A DNA stretch of 63,330 nt, the filler included, from Dirinaria sp. TL-2023a (taxonomy: Eukaryota): NCBI GenBank assembly GCA_051941275.1. It is 34 parts of 34 records of this genome, joined end to end, with 100 filler letters (N's around TTAATTAATTAA, not from the genome) between each part and the next. Parts side by side here need not be neighbours in the genome. Positions count along the whole stretch, not along the records: positions 1 to 1,804 come from JAVEBF010002530.1; positions 1,905 to 3,708 come from JAVEBF010002531.1; positions 3,809 to 5,609 come from JAVEBF010002532.1; positions 5,710 to 7,508 come from JAVEBF010002533.1; positions 7,609 to 9,404 come from JAVEBF010002534.1; positions 9,505 to 11,300 come from JAVEBF010002535.1; positions 11,401 to 13,191 come from JAVEBF010002536.1; 27 more parts are not named here. One strand, written 5' to 3'. The notes under the pieces are model-generated. The model ran no database searches. It worked only from the letters and a program-made list of their open reading frames with translations, and was not told where the DNA came from. The position numbers were made by a program, and so were the translations under genes. The first letter of the stretch is position 1. Each line of letters starts with the position of its first letter. Of this stretch, positions 1 to 12,145 are shown one piece after another.

Positions 1-625
1 GTTTATATGGCAACCATGCATAAGGTAAGGATGCGAGAGCGAGCGGAGCCCCCTTTTTTTTTAATATCTAATAATAAGTGGGACTTTGTGGTAGTGGTAG
101 TGGTATTGGTAGTGGTGGTGGGTGGGGGAAAAAACGGAGACTTTCTCTTTTTTCTGTCATTGGACCAGGGAGGTAGATCTTGGTTCTTTTCCTTATTTTT
201 CTTCCTTCAATAAAAGCGGGAGCACTATTGTAAGCACGACTTCCATTCTCTCCCTTATCACCTTAACTCAAATTATCTGATCTGAGATTCAGAACATTCG
301 GAGCGCTGGAAGTAATTTTTTACTTCTTCCTAAGTAATACACTCCGTACCCGTATTTCGATAACCATACCCGCGCAGCCGAAGAAACTCAGGATTTTTCG
401 CAGAGTTGTCGACTACCTAAGCACCAAACACCACCTCAGGAAAACTGCCTGCATGCACCTGCACCTAGATACCTAGATCAATCAATGTTATGTAAAATTG
501 AATCATCCCTTGAAAGAAAAGAAAAAAACCTGGGTACGAAGTACTGACTGAATATAATTGAGCGAATATCATGATATGAGGTCTTTTGTTTGCGGCTCTG
601 GCATGAACGCAGCCACATGAGTCTA

Positions 626-1804
626 TTACCCGGGCGGTTCTCGCTTCACAAAGGCCTCCAAGCTAGTCAGTTTCTCCCCTACTGATTCGACTTGCTTCAA
701 AGTCCATTCTAAATCTTTGGGGCCGTTTGGACCGGCTAGACCCCTGTTTATATGTTCGTTAGCATTTCCGTATTAAAATTGATACATTTGAAGTTTTGGC
801 TCTACTTCAAGACTATGCGTTCTCAATGAATCTTTTCCCATGTCCTGGGACAAGTCAAGGAAATCTATCGAACGAATATTGAAGACGAGAGAGGATAAAA
901 CAAAGACGAGAGAGGCAAAAGACGTACCATCCCCTCATCAGCCCAGCAGCATCCTTCATAACCCGCTTCACCTCCTCCGGCATTCCTTCGAACTTCTCAT
1001 CCTCCGGCTGCAACTCCAGATACCTCACCTTTTTCCCAGTGATTGTCGTCCACACATCGCAGATTTGCGCCTGAGTGTAGTAGCCACTCGCCGCCACGAA
1101 AGAAGCACCGTTGTAGGTATCCAAGGACGAAGAAAGCAGGATCGGAGCAAGATACTTGCCTGTGTCAGTGATATCGATTAGTGGGACGCCGGTGTCCTTG
1201 CCCCAAGAGTTGGAGAGCGTGAGAATGCCGTTCTCATCCTAAGACCCGATCGAATCGCTCTAGTCAGTGTGGCAAGTCACAGATAGAAGTGCCCTACAAT
1301 TAAGACACCAAGAAAGCAAAGTGAGAGATAGACAAATTTACCTGTTGCGGCTTGAACATCGTCTGGAAAAGCTGCATATACATATTCGGCACAAAGAAAG
1401 CAGCATTCACGCCTTTAGTCATGACATTTTCTCGGATATAATCTTCGACCTTGGCTTTCGAGTCGTAATGATGCATGCCGGTGATTTTCCCGTCAGTCAT
1501 TTTTGTCACGTTTGGTAGGGAGGACCAGATCAACAACGATACGCCTTGGGAGACGCATGCATCGGCTATGGATATTCCTTGCCGGGTTTCGAGGTCGGCG
1601 GAATGATGGTCCCAGTCTTGGAGACGTTAGTCTTTGGAGAAGGGGGCTGCATGGATGAGCGCAATTGAACAAAATGAAGAGCATCAATGAGAGGTAAGGC
1701 GGTACAATTTGTCATTGCAAACACAGCGTAGGAGCCTGCAACGGCTTTTTCCAAAGAGGACGGGTCGCTCATGTCCGCTTTTACAAGCTCAACCCCGCGC
1801 GCCT
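626..1804 (-). CDS. NmrA-like NAD(P)-binding protein, 5'-truncated, 3 introns visible
   Basis: Spliced reading ARGVELVKADMSDPSSLEKAVAGSYAVFAMTN|YWDHHSADLETRQGISIADAC...LIWSSLPNVTKMTDGKITGMHHYDSKAKVEDYIR...|DENGILTLSNSWGKDTGVPLIDITDTGKY...|...LEWTLKQVESVGEKLTSLEAFVKREPPG*. GT-AG introns; stop TAA at 626-628. Confidence 0.88.
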
Positions 1805-1904
1805 NNNNNNNNNNNNNNNNNNNNNNNNNNNNNNNNNNNNNNNNNNNNTTAATTAATTAANNNNNNNNNNNNNNNNNNNNNNNNNNNNNNNNNNNNNNNN
1901 NNNN
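1805..1904. other. Artificial contig linker (first of 33; last at 61496-61595)
   Basis: Invariant 44 N + TTAATTAATTAA (stops in all six frames) + 44 N about every 1.85 kb. Intervening contig lengths fall monotonically from 1804 to 1735 nt. Confidence 0.99.
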
Positions 1905-3808
1905 TGGGAACACGAAAGCATTGCCAATATGCAGACGTGGTCCTGCTATGAAGAGAGTGCAAGGAGAAAGGTTCAGGACATTCCCAGACCTTGCAAGATG
2001 TGGGAAGCCCCTTGCATGCGAGATTTCTCTATTAAGTGACTTCTAAAATGAATGCAGGTTGCCTTCTTGCATAAATTGATAGCATACATATGTCATCAGC
2101 AAGGGAGATTCTGATAGCCCTTCTATCCTGTTCCGCGGACATCTACCTTTATGAACATCACTTATCATGCTTCTCTTGTGACAAGCTCAACACAGAATGA
2201 TATCAGCTCCTGAGCAGCATTTTATACATGACAAAACGAGGGAAGCGCAACCAACACAAGAAGATTCAAGCACTTCCATCACGCGAGGTCGTTATACTAC
2301 CATCTCATCGTTGATTGGATCCGGATCTAGCAGTGATTGCAACAACTCGAAAAAGCTCAGTCAGAAGACGCATATGAGCGTTATTATGAACATCATTGAA
2401 AAGGTTGAAGGATGGGTAGCTAGTCTCATTGGCAGAAATATAAAAAAATGACGGGTACGATTGAAAGCCTATCAGTAAGGTCTTTTGTCACTTCTACTAA
2501 TAGATTAGGCTCGACTCACAGATTACCGTCAATTGAGATGATATCCCAGAACATCAATGCAATCGACGAACGAAGTCAGTATGTTGCTAATGTCATCTCT
2601 CATGATTTCTCGCCACGATTTAGCAAACAAGATGAGGTTGCTTTGGTGGCAATGTATGAGAAGAGAAATCAACGTACTGAGATGCGTCGAAGAATAGGTT
2701 GGGTAGACAAAGAGTAATAATGAAGCGGCAACAGCGACTTCAAAGAATAGACTAGATTCAACAAACAAACGGTGCTTTAAGAAAGAATACGTGTAGCAAT
2801 ATTTTGCAAAAAAAAATGCCTCGGAGCCGAAAAGTCCTTGTGAAGCTTCCCTCTTTCTTGCTCATCTCTCGACATACAAGAGACTTCGACTTTTCCGTAG
2901 TATAGTTCAATCCAATCTAATCATGTCCGTCACTTTGCTTGGAGCAGACACTTCCTTGTCGTCAACTAGCGAATTTCGTGAAAGCTCGACAAATAAAGTT
3001 TACTCAAGACACTGGTTTTATGTTCACGACGTACTCGTTTTTCTAGTTATTCCGAGCTGCTTGCTCAATTCAGAGCTCAACCTTTCTTTGCAACTTTTTG
3101 TGCATGCCCATACCGCATTTTTTAATAGCTTTCTCTAACTTCGATACAAGCAATGGAAACTCCTCCCTTGTTCTAGATTCGTCACCAGATTTAGTGCTGT
3201 CAGTTTCCGTGTTAGAGTTGGCAAGATTGAAATAAATGAAGACGCCTTCCTGCGCAATCAAAGAATATATCCGTCGAAGGCGTCGAAAAGTTTCTCAATT
3301 TCTCAACTGATACGAGGAAACATACTGAGTCATATTTGATCGTCTTCCGCAATGAAATCATATCCATAAACAAGAGCATTGAAGCACTGTTCATGAACTC
3401 AGTAGAACATGATCCTTCAGGTGTTAAAGAGAGAATGCCAATAGAAAAAGAGTGAGCGTAGCAGAGTTGCGTCACATTGCCACGTGATATCAGTGAGCCA
3501 ACAAGTTAGAAGCAAATCTGTTTGAGACCTACGATCCGCAACTGAAGGTCTCAGCTAACTCAGTTTTGATCTACAAAATACCAACAAATGTATTAACCTC
3601 ACTCCCTGTATGCCGAGAAGCATCTTCGATAGAGGCATCGCAAGACTCTTTCTTGCGAGATTATCAGGTAATGGTCAATGCGCTATCATTTCCGAGTTAT
3701 GTCTGTACNNNNNNNNNNNNNNNNNNNNNNNNNNNNNNNNNNNNNNNNNNNNTTAATTAATTAANNNNNNNNNNNNNNNNNNNNNNNNNNNNNNNNNNNN
3801 NNNNNNNN

Positions 3809-5609
3809 GAAAAGATGGACGGATGCTGGTCCGGAGCAGGCGTGGGGAGAGAAGAATAAGGGATGGTACTGCCTCCAAGGACAACACCACCGCTCTGCAA
3901 AACCGAGATTTTCGTGCCTGAAATCGTGGCCTGAGCACCTCGGCTCAAAGTTTGCGAGCCTATGATGATAGCCCCGTCAGCTGCTGTGGCTACCTGTTGG
4001 CCTGCCACTGTGGGTGTCTGAGGGATTGAAACTGTACTCTGTCCGTTCACCACGACTCCAGTCCCACTTGGCAAAACCGAGAAAGTGGATCCATCGATGG
4101 TGGCCGGAGCTCCGCCTGCTTCGAGAGTGCTACCGTGGATGATAATATTACCACCGGATTGTGTCTGAATTTGTTGACCAGCAAGTGTAGGAAGAGCAGC
4201 TGCAGATGGTATGGCAAGGGTGCTGCCGCCGACGACGATCCCATTGGAGGCGAGACTCAATGAAGTCCCTTTGACATTGACACCGGGTCCGCCGACTGAA
4301 AGAGTCTGTCCACTAACAACGAAAGAAGGTTCAGAGCCGCTCGTGGGATCTACACCATTGAGACTAGCAGGGGGAATGGTCTTAGAACCTATAACAAGGC
4401 CCCCAGAGCCCAGGCTAATCGTTGTGCTAGCAATCGTAGTACCAGATCCCCCTTTTGTAAGCACAGCGTTCCCAATTTGAATAGAGGAAGGATTGCCGAC
4501 GAATGTGCTGCCACCGACACTAAAGACGGGAGCTGGCACGAGGCTCAAGGGTTGGGCAGTCGGAGGTGGTATGGTACTCGAGCCTACCACTGCGCCTCCA
4601 CTTCGCGGTGCCGAAATGACTGTACCGGCGATGGTGGCCTTCGATCCTGGGGAAATCGTCGATTCTTTAATGCTTATACCACCCGAAGGGCCGACTACCA
4701 CGGGCTGCCCACCAACACTCGCGACAGTGGCAGGCACAGCTTGCGGAGTAGGCGGTGAGATTGTACTCGACCCCACCACCACGCCTCCATTCCGCTGAGC
4801 AGAAACAATGGTTCCTGCAATAGTAGCCTTAGACCCAGCAACAATGCTCGACCCTCCGACATTTATGCCGCCCGAAGGATGTATAACAATAGGCTGGCCG
4901 CCTACAGTGGCCACTGTTGTAGGCTGAGCTTGCGGCCGGTCTATAGGGAGGACACTTGAGCCCACCAGAAGCGCCGAGCTCCCCAAAGAAACCGGAGTGT
5001 TAGCGATTGTTTTGGGAGGGGCTCCTTGATTAACTGTGGTACCTCCAATTACCGCGTGCGATGGTCCCAACACAATTGGGTTCCCTCCTACGCTTGCCTG
5101 AGCGGGCGGAAGACCAGCTGCAACAGGTATCAATGTGTGGCCAGCCTGGACTTCTGGGGTGGTGGCAGGTTGAGCAATAGTAGAATCCAAACCGCCAACG
5201 TTAAAAGGTGCTTCTTTTCCATTGGAAGGTCTACTAAGGCCAGGATTCGAATTTACCACTGGGGTCAAAGTGACACCTGCCGCAACTATTGGTGTGCTCC
5301 CAGGTTGAGCCTGGTTGGGTGAGTGGATTGGAGCTGCTTGAGGGGTCATCGTAAGTCCACCTACGACAACAGGCTTTGGCGAGCTATTGTCTGGCGCTGC
5401 TGGTTCTGGGGAGGGTGCAGGAGCTGGAGCGATTGAAATTGCTCCAGGCGCCGCACCAGTCAGAGGAGCCGGAGATTGCCTGATTGGAGGGTTTCCCACG
5501 GCTTGAGTCGTCGGGCTGGAAGATGAAGCAGGTGTCAAGGTTAGCCCTCCGATGGTAATAGGGCTTGCTGCCGGTACAGGTGCTTGGGGGTCGGATGCTG
5601 GGTCTGACC
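3809..5609 (-). CDS. Internal fragment of a Gly/Ser/Thr/Pro-rich repetitive protein, probably secreted or cell-surface
   Basis: Open frame across the contig with recurring units such as VGGQPIVI.PSGGI.VGGSSI..GS.ATIAGT.IS and GG.TL..GG....I.GT.ISL.S.G.VVG. Both ends missing. Confidence 0.75.
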
Positions 5610-5709
5610 NNNNNNNNNNNNNNNNNNNNNNNNNNNNNNNNNNNNNNNNNNNNTTAATTAATTAANNNNNNNNNNNNNNNNNNNNNNNNNNNNNNNNNNN
5701 NNNNNNNNN

Positions 5710-5881
5710 AGGTCACATGATCAGGTCACATGATCAGGCCCAGCGTCCCCTCGGACCGATATTGCTCCGGGTCCCTATTTGAGTCTTCCTGTAGATAGAT
5801 TTCCTTTCCTTTTCTTCTTCATAGTTAGTGTCCTAGTCTACTAGCACCCAAATGCCATTGAGCGCTGTGCAGGCCCTGACA
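5710..5881 (+). mobile_element. LTR family B, truncated by contig start
   Basis: Reverse complement of most of 43230-43428; ends ...CCCTGACA; contains tandem GGTCACATGATCA. Strand is relative only. Confidence 0.8.
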
Positions 5882-6066
5882 ACATGAATATATATGTATT
5901 GACCATGATTCTGTCTTCAGAAAACGTGCTTTCGAGTGAATACGATTTGTCGAATATCGAGAGTGATTTGATTTTGAATTTGACTGTCTCAGAGTGTATA
6001 TTCGAGTAGCAAGCGTGCGCATAACGATGACGAGCATCTCTATCTAGAGATATACGTCTGTGATCA

Positions 6067-6454
6067 TATAAGGTCGTATGCGCCGATTACCCGTCGACGC
6101 AGTACTTGTGTGAAAGACGTGGCAGTGTAATAGATTATATGACTACCTGATACTGTAGTTTCTGCTAGAACTAATCACTAAGAATCTCTCTCGAAAGAGT
6201 GAGTGATTCTTTATACTTAACCGCGAGCGTTAACATTGTCTCATCGTGACGAGTCTCGCGCTGACGAGTCACGAGCGCTCGTAGACACAATACTCTATAA
6301 ACGTCAATCGCTCACTGACTCTTAATTAGTCTCGAGATTCAATCTTTCGACGCTGACTTTTAAACGACGTTAGTCATGCTTTAGACCTCGAAGAATTGTC
6401 TCTGAGCACTCTTGACTATCAAGCGACGCTAGTCTGCATTGATCAATATATATC
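6067..6454 (+). mobile_element. LTR family A, hypermutated copy lacking the last ~25 nt
   Basis: Colinear with the intact copy at 52903-53315, differing almost only by C->T/G->A. Confidence 0.92.
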
Positions 6455-6867
6455 TGTAACAGTGATATCTGATACATTGATATATATTAATCAATGCAGA
6501 CTAGCGTCGTTTGGCAGTCGAGAATACTCAGAGACAATTCTTCGAGATCTGAAACATGATTAACGTCGTCTAGAAATCAGCGTCGAAAGACTGAATCTCG
6601 AGACTGACTAAAAATCAGTGAGCAGTTGACGTTTATAAAGCATTGTGTCTACGAGCGCTCGTGACTCGTCAGCGCGAGACTCGTCATGATGAGGCAATAT
6701 TGACGCTCGCGATTAAGTATAGAGAATCATTCACTCTTTCGAGAGAGGGTCCTTAGTGATTAGTTCTAGCAGAAACTAGAGTATCAGATAGTCGTATAAT
6801 CTATTACACTGCCACGTCTTTCACATAAGTACTGCGTCGACGGATAACCGACGCATACGACCTTACA
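6455..6867 (-). mobile_element. LTR family A, full-length hypermutated copy, inverted
   Basis: TGTAACAG...CCTTACA, 413 nt, reverse complement of 52903-53315. Flanks ATATC/CACGA give no TSD. Confidence 0.92.
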
Positions 6868-6937
6868 CACGATAATATTTCTCGTTCGATGTTGATTCTG
6901 CGTTTTCTGTCGAGTTTGCATTATCGTAACAGTTATC

Positions 6938-7466
6938 TCAATCATCAAATAAATTTTTTCGTAACGTAACGTTTAATTGTTCTTTAGATATCGCGTTTCT
7001 AATTCGATAATTTTTTGCGAAATGATCTGATTTGTCACATGAATAACACGTTTTGTTAATTTTATCTTGTTTAGCTCTGAGATTTTTCTTTTTGCGTTCG
7101 ATAGAATTCAATTTTATAAACATAATCTCATAATAAGACTGTGATTTCTTTTTGTCGAAATTTTTTTTTTCGATCGTTTTTAACGCGTTTATATATAAAG
7201 CCATTAATTTTTTCTCGTGATTCGTTGTCGAAACGTTTTTTCATGACTCGTTCGTACAGTTTGTCGTCAAAATCGATGACAATCTCGATCAGTTTTTCAA
7301 GAGATTCGTATTCTCGTTTATCGCGCATAAATTCATTCTTGATCGTATTCTTGAGTTCGCGTTTAAACATAATTTGCAGTGTCACGTGATCTTATTTCGT
7401 GAGTTTCGCGTATTTCTAAAATCGCGTCGCATAATTCGAAGCTAATTTAGTTTGTTTGAGATGCCG
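6938..7466 (-). pseudogene. Ty3/gypsy gag remnant with zinc knuckle
   Basis: ASNYATRF*KYAKLTK*DHVTLQIMFKRELKNTIKNEFMR resembles retrotransposon gag. CYSCDKSDHFAKNY is a degraded CxxCGKPGHFxxxC knuckle. Stops and a frameshift present. Confidence 0.85.
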
Positions 7467-8002
7467 AGTAATACGGCATCTCAAACAAACTAAATTAGCT
7501 TCGAATTANNNNNNNNNNNNNNNNNNNNNNNNNNNNNNNNNNNNNNNNNNNNTTAATTAATTAANNNNNNNNNNNNNNNNNNNNNNNNNNNNNNNNNNNN
7601 NNNNNNNNGTAGGATTTTTTTTTTTTTTTTTTTTTTGTTGTTTTTGTTGAGGGTTTTCCCCTCCAGGATTCCCTTCATTTGATTGTGAGGCGGGGCAGCG
7701 GTATAAAGTATATATCTTATACAAAAGAAGACAGAAAACATTTATGCGATATTAATAATTTTTGGGGAGATTTGATCGATTGGTGAATAAGCTGGGGATT
7801 TCTATACTTTGCTATGCTAAGCGGTTCTATTTCTTGGGACTGACAGCTGATGATGCTAAGCGCTACACTCAATGAGCATGCCAGTTCCGCGGTTTTCTTA
7901 TCCATCGACCATTGCCAAAGCAAACGATGCCACCAACACCTTCCATTTCCACTCGTGCACGGGATTTCTGGTGAGATAGCCTCTTCCTTCCCTGTATCGA
8001 AA

Positions 8003-9404
8003 CTAAACAAGACAAATCGTATCCGGCTGCCAATCCCTCCCATCGGAACACAAGTACCGACTCGCCGGATCTTTCGAACACACGGTGGTGCCTTTGCCGT
8101 CGCAGGTCAACTTGCCGGGATCCTGTTTGTTTTGCTGCTTGAAGACGCAGCCGGTGGAGCCGCCGCCGTCGAACGGTCCGAAGCTCTGCGGATCGTTCTC
8201 CGGGTTCGTGTCGCCGCTCACAGGACCCGTGTATACCGGTTTCAGCCCTTGGCAGGCACTGAAGGACTTTGCCGGATACGCTGCAAAGATTTCGTATTGC
8301 GTTGTTGCGCCCCCCAACCTGGGAACCCCTCCGCTTGGTCGGTCGTCGATCCAGTAGCCGACGTAGTAGTTGGATGCCTGGATGGCCGATGCGGATGGGT
8401 TTGGCGGTTGTGGCTTGGACGATGACTTGGGTGGTGGAGGAGGTGGTGGCGATGACTTGGATGCTGGAGGCGGAGGTGGTTTTGAAGATGAAGTAGGTGA
8501 GGGCGATGGCTTTGGAGAGGATTTCGACGTCGTTTTCGGTTTCGGCTTTGGACTTGGACTTGGTCGCCGGGTTGTGGAAGTCGACGTCTTTTTCGGGCTT
8601 GGCTTTTGAGTCGGACTGGGAGCCGGCTTCGTGGATTTCGAGGTTTTCGAGGTTGGCCCGGGCGAGTTTTCCGTCGCGCTTGGATTACCGTCTTCGCCTT
8701 CATCTTCATCCGGTTCTATGGTTACCCTCGGGCAAGAGCTCCCTGATGTTGATGAAGCTGATGAGGTCCGGGTCTTACTTGGCGATGTTCGAGTTGCCGC
8801 TGAAGACTTCTTCTTGCTTGCAGTCAGTTTCACCGAATTCTTTGCAGGCTCGATCCTCGTATCAAGATTGATCAGACTTGTAAGGCTGCCGACGTAATTG
8901 GCCCCTCCAAGCAGTGCGATTGTAGCCGCAACGCCTCGGCGGTGAGCCCACAGATCGCTGATAGCGAGGTTGAGCCTGTCTCGCAAAGTGTGGACATTCC
9001 TGGCTATTTGCTGGATCTCGGGTTGGACAGATGTGCTGAAATCGGCCAGCTCGATCTCGTCAAGCGCCTGAGAGCAGCTTCCGATATCCTCAGACGCCAG
9101 TGTTAGCTGGTCCACTGCAGGCCGCAGGAGAGCGTCACTGGGGAAGTCATTGGATCCTTCAAGATGCAAAGAGTCTTCCAAACTTCGAAGAGCATTCAGG
9201 CCACCATCGAATTCACTCAGTGCCTGCTTGGCAGCAGGTTTGATCGCGTCGAATGCATTTGATCCACCATTGCGACTATAGCCTTGGATGGGCTTTGCAG
9301 AGCGAACGCTAGTAATACCAGGAAGGGTAATACCGTAGCCATCACCACCACCGTTTCCTTGACCGCCTCCTCCGCCCCCGCCGACCTCGTCGCGCGTGAC
9401 CTCC
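8003..9404 (-). CDS. C-terminal part of a protein with a Pro/Ser/Thr/Lys-rich linker and a small Cys-rich C-terminal domain
   Basis: Frame open from the contig end to the stop at 8003. Low-complexity linker followed by a ~110-aa domain with six Cys. Function not recognised. Confidence 0.7.
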
Positions 9405-9504
9405 NNNNNNNNNNNNNNNNNNNNNNNNNNNNNNNNNNNNNNNNNNNNTTAATTAATTAANNNNNNNNNNNNNNNNNNNNNNNNNNNNNNNNNNNNNNNN
9501 NNNN

Positions 9505-9806
9505 TTTGGAACTCGTACAATTGCAAAACGAGGTAAGGGGTTTGATGCTTTGTGTAATGTCAGGACCGGTGCAGAATGTATGATCTATGCAGGTGCTATC
9601 AACTAAATACACAAAGCATGAAGAAGAAAAGAAATCTATGAACTGGAACCGGACATAATATGGATGTGTGGGCGTTGAACCCTGATCGGCCGGACCGACC
9701 ACCACTCCGGATGCGCTAACCCCGATCAGGTCAAAACTCAATATCACACACAAAAACCTTATAGAAAATGACCCGGGTAACAACAGTGAGAGCCAGGCTC
9801 GTAACA
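9505..9806. mobile_element. LTR family D, largely unmutated, truncated at contig start
   Basis: Colinear with 53589-53901; ends ...CTCGTAACA; CC/GG retained. Confidence 0.82.
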
Positions 9807-11300
9807 AGAAAATGCAGTACTCACGTCAGAGAAAAAATACTATTTGATGAAGAATCTCACAATATTTTAACAAATTCTGAATAAGATCAGATCAGACACA
9901 GCATCTGTCTCGACTCAAAAGATTAACACGATTATCGAACGAGAGCGACAACAAAACTTCGACAGTAAATTCGAAAAAGATAATAACGTATTTCGAGAAT
10001 TGAAAAATCAAGAATTCGTTCAAACGAGAATTACGAACAAACTTGAAAAAGTTCTAAACAGCGATGCGACTCAGAAACGAGAAATTTCGAGACATAATAC
10101 ATTAGTATTGAATCGAGAAGATACAATCGTGCAGAAACGAACGATATGTTGCGAACATCACTGCTGAATGTATCAGCAGAAAAAATACAACAATACGATC
10201 AATGAATTAATGTATGACGCAATCGACGACATAAAATTGCTCACGAAACAGCGTTATGAGAATAAAGCATATTGATTAACATGTATAACGTGTGCATCAC
10301 AAGAGATATATCGTCAACAAGAATACGAAAATTGAGCGACTCGACACACGATAAACAAGTTACAACGCGCAGTATAGAAAGAACAATTCGAACATTTCGA
10401 CATCGCAGCAACAAGATATTACGATAGAGAATGTGTAACACGTCAACAAGAAAAAATGGAACACGCGAGTGTATATTGATCAGATTATTACGACGACGCA
10501 TGCATGACTTACTATAACGGAAAATACAAAGTCAACTGATTCTCGCGTGAGTCAAAACAAAAGAACTCGAGAAAAAACAAAACATCTCAGTAAAGAACGT
10601 ACTGAGAGAGTGCAATATAACAGTTCAGAAACAGAATAGTGCAACACAGTATATTTACACTTTAAAGACGTCAATATAAATTTAAAAAAAAACGATCAAC
10701 GACAATGATCGATTTAGACGCAACAGAGAACTTTATAACAGAACATCTGACAGAGCAGCACGAGTTCGCTACTCAGACAAAAAATGACGTCTACGATCTA
10801 ATAACAGTCGACGAATAGCTATTGATAAATAATAAAAAAAGAGTAAATAAAGAGATAAAATCACTCATGACAATTATTCAACAACATCGTGAGAAATTAA
10901 TCTTTGATCTTATGAGCATGATCAATCACGATATTGTATTGAGAATATTTTGATATTAAAGAAATATAATCTCAGCATCGATTAAGAGAAAAGAGTACTC
11001 AAATTCGAGCGATGTGAATGCGTAATCACAACTTAGTTTATGCATCGACAGAAAACGATAACAGATGAGAAAACTATTAAATGCGAGTTAACAACTTCGA
11101 ATAAGAATGACTCAAAGAGATTCGACTCGATAAATATCAACAAAAACTAGTAGAATCAACAGATTAGAGTTCAGAAAAAAAGTAACGCATTTTCGAAATA
11201 TCATAAAAATACGATTAAGAAAAATGAATCTTCACGCAGATGTTAGATATCTATCAGCAGTGAGAGCATCTGTTTTATGAAAAGAAAAACAGTAAAATTT
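9807..11300 (+). pseudogene. Ty3/gypsy gag-protease remnant
   Basis: From ~10702: TMIDLDATENFI (from AMIDSGATGNFI) ... HDIVLRIF* ... NLSID*EKRVLKFERCEC, a retropepsin pattern. Upstream HASVY*SDYYDDAC motif. Very few CC/GG. Confidence 0.85.
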
Positions 11301-11400
11301 NNNNNNNNNNNNNNNNNNNNNNNNNNNNNNNNNNNNNNNNNNNNTTAATTAATTAANNNNNNNNNNNNNNNNNNNNNNNNNNNNNNNNNNNNNNNNNNNN

Positions 11401-12145
11401 CAAACCCCCCATCCCCACTCTCCAACTCCTCAGCGATCCAATCCGCGCAATCCTCCAGAAAGGTATTATACCGGCCCGCATTCGCCAAGATTGTAACCAA
11501 CGGTCCCAAACCCGGGATCCAATCGACGCCCCACCCTGCAAACCCAGCCGGCGTATCCTTCTGCGCCAGGAGCGGATTACCCCTTTCCGGCACCTCTTCG
11601 GGGATGGATTTGTTTTTGGGGTTCATGACGCTGGGACAGAAGATGGACCATTCCAAGCCCGCTTCCTTGGAAGAAGAAGTAGGAGGAGGAGGGGGCAGAG
11701 AAGAAAGATACGAGAACGTCTGTTCATGTTCCACGAACAGCGGAAAATATCTCGCGATCCGTGTCCCGGGGAAGGAAGGGTAATCGAGCACGGTCATGCC
11801 GCCTAAAAACCAAGCTCGGATCCGCAACCCAGAGTCCAGACACCCCTGCGCCACGGCGCGGATGATGTGCTGCATTTTCGGGGCCTGGAAAGGTAGAACG
11901 GAGGCTTGGCCTGCGGCGTTGATGAGCGCGTTGCAGGCATATGTTTTCAGGGTCTCGGCGATCGTGGAAGAGGAGCTGGCGTCGCCTGTGACGATGGAGA
12001 CTTTTGAGAGGAGCGGTGAAGGGATCAGGGAGCGGAGTTTTGACTCTGAGCGGACAAGCACGGTGACGGTGTGGGAGTGGGCGAGGAGCGCGGGGAGAAG
12101 GCGCGAACCGACGTTTCCCGTCGCGCCGAGGAGGAGGACGCGCAT
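11401..12145 (-). CDS. NAD(P)-binding Rossmann protein (atypical SDR / flavin-reductase-like), 3'-truncated
   Basis: MRVLLLGATGNVGSRLL...VLVRS...GDA...INAAG; about 248 aa open to the contig edge. Confidence 0.85.

Noticed and set aside
1905..3708. Short ORFs in contig 2
   Set aside because: Fragmented, with no motif I can recognise; possibly an old decayed element but unsupported.
4047..5322. Overlapping antisense and alternate-frame ORFs here and at 7850-8897, 29032-30013 and 45110-46353
   Set aside because: Shadows of GC-rich real genes. ORFs ending in X-runs or 'LIN' are linker read-through.
7432..7508. Perfect 35-bp hairpin (loop AGTAATA) as a terminator or element end
   Set aside because: The arms are identical, one arm is gag coding sequence, and it ends exactly at the contig edge; most likely a fold-back read or assembly artefact.
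9807..11300. AT-rich contigs as bacterial, mitochondrial or viral contamination
   Set aside because: They decode as fungal transposon proteins and share LTRs with GC-normal copies; the AT richness comes from the mutation process.
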